Shown here: positions 31,191 through 39,374 of the stretch, one piece after another
Position numbering within the stretch: the stretch's first letter is position 1
Layout: the number at the start of each line of letters is the position of its first letter
NCBI GenBank assembly: GCA_001774395.1
Contig: MEZX01000002.1
Location: forward strand, 160,753 to 224,752
DNA from: Candidatus Berkelbacteria bacterium RIFCSPLOWO2_01_FULL_50_28
GTDB taxonomy: Bacteria; Patescibacteriota; UBA1384; 2-12-FULL-50-11
Reading direction: 5' to 3'
DNA length: 64,000 nucleotides
Translations under genes and position numbers: made by a program
The notes under the pieces: generated by a model
Database searches by the model: none
What the model was told of the DNA's origin: nothing
Seen by the model: only the letters and a program-made list of their open reading frames with translations

Positions 31191-32075
31191 TTATTTGTAT
31201 TCGTGCTGGGCGATTTCGTAGTGAAGTTTTATGCGGTCGTCCCAACTGCGGCCGCGTAGGTCAACAGAGTGCGGTACTTCTTTTATTTCGCCCTTGCTGT
31301 CACGGCGAATAATGCCAACATTGTAGTAAACCATCGGTGTTTCCTCGGCAGTTTTCTTGACGTAATCGGGATGTTTCTCGCCGTAGACGCCGCGCAAGAA
31401 ATCTTCTGTGCTCATGGCCGGGAAAACGTTCGTGTACACGACCGATGGATTGCCGTCGATATACTTGCCGATGTAGCGCGCAAATGCAGGGTCCTTATCG
31501 TCGCCTAGGCACATTTGGTTGAAGAAGATAACTCCACCATCAGCCAGGTGGTGGTTGGCGATCTGGAGCTGATTTTTGAACTCATCCTGACCATCACTGC
31601 CGCCGCGAGCGTGTTGGGGAATTTTGTCGCGAATCGCTTCCGGATAAAGATGATACGGCGGGTAAAGGCCGATGACCTTGGCTGATTTGGGTGGAAAGCT
31701 ATCTTCGCTATAGAGCTCATGCTTCACCTCGAATCGAACGTCATTGAGCTTGGCATTTTCTTGGGCTTGCTCAATTGCTCGGGCACTTTTATCAAGCGCT
31801 ATAACCTTGCTGCCAGGGAAATGTTTGCTAACGAGAATTGAAAACACGCCGCTACCGCAGCCGATATCCAAGAAGTCGATCGAGCCGTTAGAGTCTTGCA
31901 GCGCTTTGGCAATATAAGGCTTAGAAAACTCCCAAGTGAACGGCTGCTCCTCGTAAAACACCGCCATCACGTTATCGCTCTGGTCGGTGCGTTTGCGGTT
32001 AATTGGATCAACTTTTAGTTTAATGCCGGCAAACTCGACATTTTCATCGAACATATTGGGGTTACTAATTGCCAT
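31191..32075 (-). CDS. HemK/PrmC-like SAM methyltransferase
   Basis: FLDIGCGSG, ALDKS..A...A..N, LYPPY (NPPY-like), GGSDG. Confidence 0.8.
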   Translation of the reverse strand: MAISNPNMFDENVEFAGIKLKVDPINRKRTDQSDNVMAVFYEEQPFTWEFSKPYIAKALQDSNGSIDFLDIGCGSGVFSILVSKHFPGSKVIALDKSARAIEQAQENAKLNDVRFEVKHELYSEDSFPPKSAKVIGLYPPYHLYPEAIRDKIPQHARGGSDGQDEFKNQLQIANHHLADGGVIFFNQMCLGDDKDPAFARYIGKYIDGNPSVVYTNVFPAMSTEDFLRGVYGEKHPDYVKKTAEETPMVYYNVGIIRRDSKGEIKEVPHSVDLRGRSWDDRIKLHYEIAQHEYK

Positions 32076-32844
32076 TTTCTCCTTTTGTTACGTTATATTT
32101 CTCTGCTGCATCCCACGCTAAACGCCAAATCGCCATCAACATATCCGCAACGTCTTTACTTTCAATGACTGCGGCTAGTAGATTCTTCTTGTATATAGAA
32201 ATGTAGACCTTACCCGCTTTGGGATGCACGGTGATCGATCCAGTAAAAGGAAATCTGTCACGAGGGATATATCGGCTTATCCGTAAGGGATTATTCTCAT
32301 TTTCTTGGACTCTACCGTCGCGATGGGTGTAAATAACGTTAGACTTCGTACCACGTTCTTCCCGCGGTTTTTCATGAACTTCGCCGTAGTTGGGGAAGGC
32401 ATCTTTTAACTCGTCTAAAGCAGTAAACGAAAAAATCTCCATATCCGGATCGGTGCTTGCGCTTGTGCGCATAGTCTTCTGTCCCTCGAGACCTTCGTAG
32501 ATACGGATAACCGGACGATTCTTGGACATTCGAAACAATGCCGCTAGCTGAGGAATAACGGTACCAATCCTCTCTTCGTCTTGTGCCAGTCGCTGCTTTT
32601 GTGTTTCTAAGAGTTTCTTTAGGTTCTCGGGCGATTCGGCACTGTATAGTGTCTTTTTGCCCAATTCTCGATGAGAAGCTAGCCCCTTCTTGCTAAGCTC
32701 GCCCAAGATAAAGTATGCCGTGGGGCGGTTAATGCCGGACTTTGTTGCGATGTTTTGGACAGAGCTTTCGCCAAGCTCTAATGCAGCGAGGTAGACCCTA
32801 GACTCCTTCTCGCTCAATCCGGCACTTGTCAGCATCTCTTCCAT
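32065..32844 (-). CDS. TrmB-family transcriptional regulator
   Basis: GLSEKESRVYLAALELG....IA..SGINRPTAY.IL..L...GL; RPVIRIYEGLEG. Confidence 0.88.
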   Translation of the reverse strand: MEEMLTSAGLSEKESRVYLAALELGESSVQNIATKSGINRPTAYFILGELSKKGLASHRELGKKTLYSAESPENLKKLLETQKQRLAQDEERIGTVIPQLAALFRMSKNRPVIRIYEGLEGQKTMRTSASTDPDMEIFSFTALDELKDAFPNYGEVHEKPREERGTKSNVIYTHRDGRVQENENNPLRISRYIPRDRFPFTGSITVHPKAGKVYISIYKKNLLAAVIESKDVADMLMAIWRLAWDAAEKYNVTKGENGN

Positions 32845-32901
32845 TCCTATTTGTATATTAACTTTTTTGCCATCGGTTTTCTTATAACGCATCTTAACGT
32901 A

Positions 32902-32965
32902 ACTATAATCTAACCTTTGAAATATGTCAAGGGCTATTGACAACTATTGTACAATATGCTATTAT
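32902..32965. promoter_or_regulatory. Back-to-back divergent sigma70 promoters with palindrome TATTGTACAATA
   Basis: Plus strand TTGACA(32937)-N17-TATTAT(32960); minus strand TTGACA(32930-25)-N17-TATAGT(32907-02); palindrome at 32945-32956. Confidence 0.75.
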
Positions 32966-33233
32966 CCCCTTTGAAGCTTAACAATAGGTTGTCAATAGAA
33001 ACTGACTTTTCGCCGATAGGGACCACGGCAGAGGCGCTCCTACCCGCAAGGGATGTGAGCGATGCTCGTTTGAGCGGTACGCCGCCCTAAAGACTTTTAG
33101 TTGGTACTTGTCGATCCTTGTGAGCCCACATTCCTTGAATAGCGATTATTAATCACTAGAAAGGGATATTCAGCACCTAACCGTGCTGACATGTAAGGGA
33201 AATAACCTTTACATATCAGTGCGGTTAACGGCT

Positions 33234-33369
33234 GGGGGCGAACGGGTTCGACAGAGACCCAAGTGCGTGGTTAGGGCGTGGTAGCCCAACTCGGAAAAAC
33301 GGCTCAAGAAAGACCGAGCATCACGTAGCAAGTCTTTGGAACTGGGTTCGATTCCCAGCGCCTCCACCA
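33234..33369 (+). ncRNA. Miniature tmRNA-like RNA (136 nt; intact tRNA-like domain, minimal internal region)
   Basis: 5' GGGGGCG-AACGGGTTCGAC; 3' CTGGG-TTCGATT-CCCAG-CGCCTCC-A-CCA; G3-U70 pair; P2-like stems AGAGAC/GTCTTT and TGCGTGGT/ATCACGTA. Confidence 0.75.
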
Positions 33370-33379
33370 GATTCGTTTC

Positions 33380-33545
33380 AACCGGTCGCCGACAAATAAA
33401 GGCGGCCAGCGGCTACCCCCTCCGGGTTTAGGGGTAGCAGTGGGCGGTTATGTAACCCACTGCCTAGGATCACCGCCAAGGTGATCTGACGACTTAGGGA
33501 ACCAAAACTTGGCGAAAGAGAGTCCGTATACTCTCAGGTTCCCGC
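33380..33545 (+). ncRNA. Putative multi-hairpin structured RNA with pseudoknot potential
   Basis: Consecutive stems GGTCGCC/GGCGGCC, GCTACCCC/GGGGTAGC, CAGTGGG/CCCACTG, GATCACC/GGTGATC, GGGAACC/GGTTCCC; CGCCAAG is complementary to downstream CTTGGCG. Confidence 0.5.
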
Positions 33546-33734
33546 CTCGGATCCGGCTCGAGGCCCGTGCTCGAGCCTGAAATTGAGGGAATTGTCCCTT
33601 GCACTTTACAAATAGAAAGTTGATAGAGCTTCGGCAAAACTATCCGTTAGTCAGACGACGTTAAGTCCGGCCCTCAGTCGAACGAGTAGCAATACTTGGA
33701 CGAGGATGTATTTCAAGGGAACAGTGAAAGTAAT

Positions 33735-34319
33735 ATGAAAAACCTGACAACTGCCTTGGCCTTCGCCGTTGCCTCGATCGTTTCTGCTCAGACCTCGTTG
33801 GTTTGGGTGGACAGCGCCAAGGGGGGTTCGCCCTCCGTAACAGCTGCCTTCTTCGCGAAGGACGGTTGGGAGGTCTGGGCGTTCGGGGCGAATAACCCCA
33901 AAACGCTCGACCTGGAACTGGGGCGCCTCTTTCCTTGGGGAAAGAAGGTGCTGGTTGGCGGGTACGTTGCCGTTTGGCCGGATTCAAACAGGACCTTCGG
34001 GATACCGTTTGTGATGGTCAACGACAAGGTGCTTGGAGGCCACTTGTGCCTCAAGCTAGGCTGTTACCTGCCGTTAAACGGTGGGCCAACTATCCTTTTC
34101 TCCGATGAGAGTTCGCTCTTGTGGGAGGCCAAAAAAGGGTTAAGTTGGGGGCCGATTCTCTCCTACGTTCAGGTCGACGGTGGTAAGCCAATCGCAAGAT
34201 TGGGACTGTCACTGCGCCTGACGAAGGGGGATGAAACCCTGGAGCTTAGCTGCCAACCGGTTTACTTATCTGGGGACGGGGAAACCCGCTTCCGGATCGG
34301 TATTACCCACCGGTTCTAG
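33735..34319 (+). CDS. Putative outer-membrane beta-barrel protein
   Basis: Signal peptide MKNLTTALAFAVASIVSA|Q; amphipathic strands; terminal FRIGITHRF. Confidence 0.65.
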   Translation: MKNLTTALAFAVASIVSAQTSLVWVDSAKGGSPSVTAAFFAKDGWEVWAFGANNPKTLDLELGRLFPWGKKVLVGGYVAVWPDSNRTFGIPFVMVNDKVLGGHLCLKLGCYLPLNGGPTILFSDESSLLWEAKKGLSWGPILSYVQVDGGKPIARLGLSLRLTKGDETLELSCQPVYLSGDGETRFRIGITHRF

Positions 34320-34557
34320 CTCGCTGACCGAGTACGGTTGGGCGCTGAATCGCGCCTTGGAGCTGCATAAAGGAGCGGCAGATCGGGCAGAAACAAGACG
34401 CAAAGAAGTGTGATGGAGGTTCCCTATTGTTAGCCTCCTGCGTCGCCCAGTAATGTTTCAGTTTTCATCCACGGCCGGATTCATCCGGCCTGAAATTGAG
34501 AGCTGAAAGGTTCTCGCACATTTTACAGGGTAGCGACCAACGCCAGGAGAAAAATAC

Positions 34558-34782
34558 ATGACAAGCATCCTCGCCATCCTCGTCGCGATCATTCTGGCAG
34601 TTGGGAACACAGTGCTGATGGGCTCGGCCCTGATAGCGCTCCAGCATGGCCGGTTTGGTCTTCTGCTCGTTGCGCTGATGGTGCTGTTCGTCTCCGGCGA
34701 ACTGATCATCAAGCCCCTGTTTCGACTTGTGGGCGAACAGGGAGTGCGAAAGCACTTGGCTAAGCGCAACAAGGGAGAGTAG
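34558..34782 (+). CDS. Small two-TM membrane protein
   Basis: AGGAG SD; two hydrophobic helices and a basic tail. Confidence 0.7.
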   Translation: MTSILAILVAIILAVGNTVLMGSALIALQHGRFGLLLVALMVLFVSGELIIKPLFRLVGEQGVRKHLAKRNKGE

Positions 34783-34898
34783 CCCTCGTATTACTCACGT
34801 TTCAGCAATTGAAACGCCCTTTGATCCGGCTCGAGGCCTGTGCTCGAGCCTGAAACTAAGGGCTGAAAAGCTCTAATTTGCACATTCCAGGAGGCAAG

Positions 34899-35114
34899 AT
34901 GCGTGTAATACTTAAGGTTTACCATGACTGCGGCAGTGATATCAGTACAGTCGAGTTTGATCTCGACGATCTGGTCAGAACACTCAACGCTGGCGGGACC
35001 TTCGAGGTCAAGGCAATGTGCGACGATTTGCACAGTAGGAGACTGGGCCTCCGATATAGCTTGGGACACGAGAATCATACGGGCAAATTTGTTGTTGTGC
35101 CCAGGAAAAGCTGA
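34899..35114 (+). CDS. Small hypothetical protein
   Basis: AGGAGG SD directly after leader motif copy 3. Confidence 0.65.
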   Translation: MRVILKVYHDCGSDISTVEFDLDDLVRTLNAGGTFEVKAMCDDLHSRRLGLRYSLGHENHTGKFVVVPRKS

Positions 35115-35190
35115 ACCACAACCTTCATATCCGGCTTGAGCCGTCTCGAGCCCGAAATTGAGAGCTGAAAAAGCTAAGGAGAACATTAAA

Positions 35191-35478
35191 ATGGCGACAA
35201 TCATTGCCAACGAACAGTTGACCAAGACTCTAGAACCGCTTCTTGAAGATGTCGATGCGATCTATGTGGATACCCACTCATCGACGGGTCAGATTGACGA
35301 GGAACGAATAAGCCAGGCTGCAGAGCTGGCTCGCAGGGGAAAACGAGTTGTCCTTTTCGGATGGTTCGCCGAGGCCGAGGTGGGTAGTAAAATCGCCCCG
35401 TGTATGACCTACCAGAACGCGGTCTATGCCCGTTTACCGCTTTCGATCGACCAGATGCGGGAACTGGGCAAAGGATGA
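35191..35478 (+). CDS. Small alpha/beta hypothetical protein (possibly degenerate receiver-like)
   Basis: AAGGAG SD; VDAIYVD...KRVVLFG pattern. Confidence 0.65.
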   Translation: MATIIANEQLTKTLEPLLEDVDAIYVDTHSSTGQIDEERISQAAELARRGKRVVLFGWFAEAEVGSKIAPCMTYQNAVYARLPLSIDQMRELGKG

Positions 35479-35568
35479 TGTCGTCTCAACTTTCATCCAC
35501 GGCCGGATCTTTCCGGCCTGAAAATGAGAGCTGAAAAGTTCTTGCACATCCAACTACAGGTGAAATAA

Positions 35569-36291
35569 ATGCGTATTTTAGTGGTAGAAGATTCCGAACT
35601 GCACCGCCGCTCCGCTATCAAGACACTCGAGGGCCACGAGCTTACGATCGCCGCCAACTACAAGCAGGCTGTCAATTGCTTGGGAGGCGCCACGGCCAAC
35701 GAGTACGAGCGTCAAGAGAAAGGAGATCCGTACGACGTGCTACTGACCGATATGATGATCGGGAGCGGCGAGACCAATGACGAGGGGACGCACGCCTTCG
35801 GGTTCGTCCTGGCTCTGATAGCCGCCCTGCGTGGGGTTAAGCACATTGCACTGCTCACCGACATTAACCATCACCACGCTGGTCCTAGCCAAGCGCTCGA
35901 CGCGATCGGCCCGGCCTACTACCGCTGCCCGGGAGAATTCGCGCCAAACTTCGAGATCAACGGCGCTAAGGCGATGTTCGTCCACGCCCCGGTGAGGACG
36001 TTTGAGACGCTCAAGAATCAGCCGTGCGAGAATTGTGTTGATCTGGTGGCCGTGAGGTATAGCACCTGCGATTACCCGCCGAGCTGGAAGCCGGGGGAGT
36101 GCCGATACTGTAAAGGCACCGCTTTCTTAGAGGACGACGAAGAGCGCGAGGTTTGCCCCGCTTGCAAAGCTGATCCCGGCAAATGCAGCGATTGCAAAGG
36201 AACCGGCGTGGCCGACCGCAACCTGGTTGGCAAAGATTGGGGAATGGTCCTGAAGGACCTGCTCGGAACGCTACCAACCGACGAGGTGTAG
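35569..36291 (+). CDS. Receiver (REC)-like domain protein with Cys-rich zinc-finger insertion
   Basis: MRILVVED...YDVLLTD; CENC, CRYCKGT, CPAC, CSDCKGTG. Confidence 0.75.
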   Translation: MRILVVEDSELHRRSAIKTLEGHELTIAANYKQAVNCLGGATANEYERQEKGDPYDVLLTDMMIGSGETNDEGTHAFGFVLALIAALRGVKHIALLTDINHHHAGPSQALDAIGPAYYRCPGEFAPNFEINGAKAMFVHAPVRTFETLKNQPCENCVDLVAVRYSTCDYPPSWKPGECRYCKGTAFLEDDEEREVCPACKADPGKCSDCKGTGVADRNLVGKDWGMVLKDLLGTLPTDEV

Positions 36292-36308
36292 CCAATCACC
36301 TCCGCAAA

Positions 36309-36339
36309 CCCGCCCTGAAATATGGGCGGGATATTTTTA
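36309..36339 (+). terminator. Intrinsic terminator ending the tmRNA-like transcription unit
   Basis: CCCGCCC-TGAAATAT-GGGCGGG followed by ATATTTTT. Confidence 0.75.
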
Positions 36340-36501
36340 TGCCCTAACCTGTCTTATCATATATATGCGATAAAGTAGGTTAGGAGCCGTATGCTATATA
36401 TGACATACGGGTGACAGTGAATACTGGAAATGATTGGTGGCTCGGCGTGAGTTATACGCGCAAGTCTCCCTATTCGGTCGAAAGTTGCTTATTCGCTTCG
36501 C

Positions 36502-37053
36502 TCACGCGCGACTATCGTACTGGCCGGTTTCGGTATTAACAGTGATTCTGTCGCCGGTTTTGACAAAAAGAGGAACATTCACGGTGGCGCCAGTTTCCAG
36601 CGTTGCGGGCTTCAGAGCGGCGTTGACGGTGTTACCAGAAACGGCTGGTTCGGTGTAGGTTATCTCCATCTCAACTTTTTTGGGTAGCTTAACGTCGATG
36701 ACTTTATCTTGCCAAAAGAGTAGGTCGATCGGCTGGCCTTCTTTAAGAAACTTAAATCGATCTTCAGGCAATTTTACAGCTTCTTGCTCAAAAGTGTCGG
36801 CAATCATCACTTGGGCTAGCTCGCCCTCGCGATAAAGATATGTCGCGGCACTATACTGCAGCGAAGCCTCTTCGACGCGATCGTTACCCTGAAATGTTTG
36901 CTCGAAGATGGCTTGAGTTAGAAGACTGCGCAATTTGCAGTCGAGCTTGGCCTGTCCCCGACCCTGCTTAATATGGTTAACAAAAACTACTTCGTGCGGA
37001 GCGTCACGAAACAAAATTTTCGAGCCAACTTTCACCTGAGCTAGCGAAAGCAT
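36502..37053 (-). CDS. efp: Elongation factor P
   Basis: HIKQGRGQA loop; YTEPAVSGNT...KPATLETG..V.VPLF..GD.I.VNT..G.Y..RA. Confidence 0.95.
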   Translation of the reverse strand: MLSLAQVKVGSKILFRDAPHEVVFVNHIKQGRGQAKLDCKLRSLLTQAIFEQTFQGNDRVEEASLQYSAATYLYREGELAQVMIADTFEQEAVKLPEDRFKFLKEGQPIDLLFWQDKVIDVKLPKKVEMEITYTEPAVSGNTVNAALKPATLETGATVNVPLFVKTGDRITVNTETGQYDSRA

Positions 37054-37057
37054 CTGA

Positions 37058-37267
37058 CTATCGTTTAGCGAGGGGAAGCAACCCCAGGAAGCGGGCTCGT
37101 TTGACGGCCACGGAAAGCTGGCGCTGATACTTGCTCGAAGTGTTGGTCTCCCGGGCGCTTTTTAGTTTGCCCCAACCTGTGAGGTAGCGGCTAAGTAACT
37201 CGGTGTCGCGATAGTCAATTTCTCTGACCTGGTTTTTGGCAAAATAGCAGTCGATTCTTCGTTTCAT
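37058..37267 (-). CDS. rpsR: 30S ribosomal protein S18
   Basis: IDYRD.ELL..Y....GK....R.T....K.QR.L..AVKRAR.LGLLP. Confidence 0.95.
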   Translation of the reverse strand: MKRRIDCYFAKNQVREIDYRDTELLSRYLTGWGKLKSARETNTSSKYQRQLSVAVKRARFLGLLPLAKR

Positions 37268-37271
37268 TATT

Positions 37272-37393
37272 GGTTAATTTCCAATTTACAAGTTTCAATT
37301 TTCACTGAATTTTCAATGTTCCAATTTTCAAACTGGTTATTGATTAATTGAGAATTTATTGAAAACTGAGAATTGATCATTGTAAATTTTTGT
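37272..37393. repeat. AT-rich heptamer inverted-repeat element (between ssb and rpsR)
   Basis: TTTCCAA/TTTACAA/TTTCAAT units followed by TTGAGAA/TTGAAAA units. Confidence 0.75.
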
Positions 37394-37861
37394 TTAGAAC
37401 GGTATGTCATCCAGGTTAATTTCTTGGTCGTCTTTTTTCTCGTCAGCTTTTTTAGCACTCTTCGATTCCTTGGCTGGGGAGCTGTCGTCCGAAGAAATGT
37501 CGGCGATGGCGCTAACGGTGCTGGCGTCACCCTTTGGTGCTAGCGGAATGAAGTTTTCGGCGACAATTTCGGTACGGCTACGTTTGGCGCCGTCGTTGCC
37601 TTCCCACGAGTTGGTTTGCAGGCGGCCTTCAACGTAAACTTTTTTACCCTTTGAAAGCATCGAGGCGGTTAGCTCACCAAGCCGTCCCCAAGCCGTAATC
37701 TCGTGATATTGAGTATCTTCCTTGATGTTGCCGTCCTTATCCTTCCAGCGACGATTAGTGGCGACGGCAAACGAGCAGACGGTCTGTCCGCTCGGCAGAG
37801 CGCGTGTTTCGGGGTCACGAGTAAGGTTGCCAACGATAGTGGCTCGGTTAAGGCTAAACAT
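37394..37861 (-). CDS. ssb: Single-stranded DNA-binding protein
   Basis: LNRATIVGNLTRDPE...KGKKVYVEGRLQT..W; C-terminal DDIPF. Confidence 0.97.
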   Translation of the reverse strand: MFSLNRATIVGNLTRDPETRALPSGQTVCSFAVATNRRWKDKDGNIKEDTQYHEITAWGRLGELTASMLSKGKKVYVEGRLQTNSWEGNDGAKRSRTEIVAENFIPLAPKGDASTVSAIADISSDDSSPAKESKSAKKADEKKDDQEINLDDIPF

Positions 37862-38219
37862 CTCGGGGTTTTCTCGATCTTGACGACATCTTTTTCTCTG
37901 GATCTTCGCGCCAGGTGGTAATGATGAAGCGATTGATCCCACTTTCGTGTCGGAACTCCTCAGTCAGAGCGGCAACATCTTTCCGTTCAAGGGTGAAGAA
38001 TACTGAAACTAAATTCAACTGACGTTTTTTGTTGATTGGAAAAGCCAGCGGCTTTGGCCCCAGATCTTCGGCTTTAACAACCTTCGCGCCAGAGGACTTG
38101 ATGTGACCTTCCAGGATGCTTAAGGCCTTGGCGCTGTCTTCTGTGAGAGCGCTCACGAGGTAGAGCTGCTCTTCGCTGGCGTCTTCGATAGTCTCAATTC
38201 TTTCTTCGGTTTTTTCCAT
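37854..38219 (-). CDS. rpsF: 30S ribosomal protein S6
   Basis: LG.K.LAFPINK motif; rpsF-ssb-rpsR synteny. Confidence 0.85.
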   Translation of the reverse strand: MEKTEERIETIEDASEEQLYLVSALTEDSAKALSILEGHIKSSGAKVVKAEDLGPKPLAFPINKKRQLNLVSVFFTLERKDVAALTEEFRHESGINRFIITTWREDPEKKMSSRSRKPRDV

Positions 38220-38370
38220 TCTAAGCGATATTGTAGCCAACTTACGGTTGATCTTCAACCCCGCACCTAACAGTTGACGGCATTTTTCTCACTTTTGCCT
38301 AACTTGAAACAGTGAAATTTGGAGATATCTGGCTCCCCGAAGCTGTGGGTGATGCCGGGAGAGCAAAAGT

Positions 38371-39309
38371 TCAACTCTTAAGTGCGGGGTCAAGTGCGTC
38401 GCCTCTTTTTGTGTCGTGAAAACGATGATGGGCTTCGCGCAGGCTACGGTCGGTCACGTGGGTGTAAATTTGCGTCGTCGCGACCGACGAGTGGCCAAGC
38501 AGAGCCTGAACCGAGCGAAGGTCGGCGCCGTTTTGCAGCAAGTCGGTGGCAAAGCCGTGACGAAGTTTGTGCGGGGTGACTGGTTTACTCAAGCCGGCTT
38601 TGAGCGCCAGAGTGTGGAGAATGCGCTGGACGGAACGGGCGGTGAGCGATGTTTTGTTGCTGTCGAGACGGCTATTGGTGTAGTGTCTGATGAAAACAAA
38701 GGGGTTGCTATCGCTGCGTGACTCCAAGTAATCGGCCAAAATCTCGAGCGCCTCGTCGGATAAGAATACCGGTCGAACTTTGCCGCCTTTGCCCTTAACT
38801 GAAAATTCGCCTTTCACTAGGCTGACCTCGTTTCTTTTTAGCGCCACCAGCTCGCTGACCCGTAGGCCCGTCGAAAAGAGGGTTTTAACAATGGCCCGGT
38901 CCCGTTTATCGGTTAATCGTTCGCCCGCAATCGCCGCGTTGAGCCGTTCCATATCATCAGCGCTAATAAACTGAATCTGTCGCTGGCCGGTTTTGCTCAA
39001 CGGTATTTTAGCGATCGAAATTACATTGGCTTCCGACATCGAGAGAAACCGTAGCAGCGAGCGCAGGGCAATTAAGTAATAATTTCGGCTGCTCGGCCCA
39101 AGCGGCGGCGTGTGCTTGGTGGCAAGATGCTCTTGAAACTCTAAAATGTCGTCGCCGCCGATTTTCTCAACATCGATTAGTTTGGCTTCAAGTGCCCAGG
39201 CAGAAAAAGAATTTAGGTAGTGCTCGTAATTGCGCAAAGTGTACGGGGAGTAGTTGCGTCCCACTCGGCAGTAGCGCAGGTATTCCTTAACGGCGCGCGT
39301 GATGGTCAT
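38371..39309 (-). CDS. xerC: Tyrosine recombinase XerC/XerD family
   Basis: RDRAI...L.STGLRVSEL, GKGGK.R, TPHKLRH.FAT.LL..GADLRSVQ.LLGH....TTQIYTH. Confidence 0.9.
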   Translation of the reverse strand: MTITRAVKEYLRYCRVGRNYSPYTLRNYEHYLNSFSAWALEAKLIDVEKIGGDDILEFQEHLATKHTPPLGPSSRNYYLIALRSLLRFLSMSEANVISIAKIPLSKTGQRQIQFISADDMERLNAAIAGERLTDKRDRAIVKTLFSTGLRVSELVALKRNEVSLVKGEFSVKGKGGKVRPVFLSDEALEILADYLESRSDSNPFVFIRHYTNSRLDSNKTSLTARSVQRILHTLALKAGLSKPVTPHKLRHGFATDLLQNGADLRSVQALLGHSSVATTQIYTHVTDRSLREAHHRFHDTKRGDALDPALKS

Positions 39310-39374
39310 TTCTTAATCTTTCCAGTCTGGTTGGTTTTGCTTTGGGCTAAACATTAGCTACACTTTAACACGGA

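Larger units (their letters stand above)
33550..35547 (+). repeat. Five copies of a two-hairpin leader motif: ATCC-stem1-YGAAAWT-stem2-(GCAC)
   Basis: Copies at 33550-33604, 34467-34519, 34824-34883, 35129-35175 and 35495-35547, each upstream of a gene; stem sequences vary while pairing is kept. Confidence 0.85.

Noticed and set aside
33234-33369. Ordinary tRNA-Ala or permuted two-piece tmRNA
   Set aside because: No D-stem or anticodon arm, and the 5' and 3' halves are in standard, non-permuted order.
33550-35547. Hammerhead ribozyme or CRISPR for the five-copy motif
   Set aside because: No CUGANGA core in the required arrangement; the intervals contain genes rather than spacers.
38371-39309. 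Prophage or integron integrase
   Set aside because: Size and motifs fit housekeeping XerC/D, it lies beside rpsF, and no phage genes are nearby.
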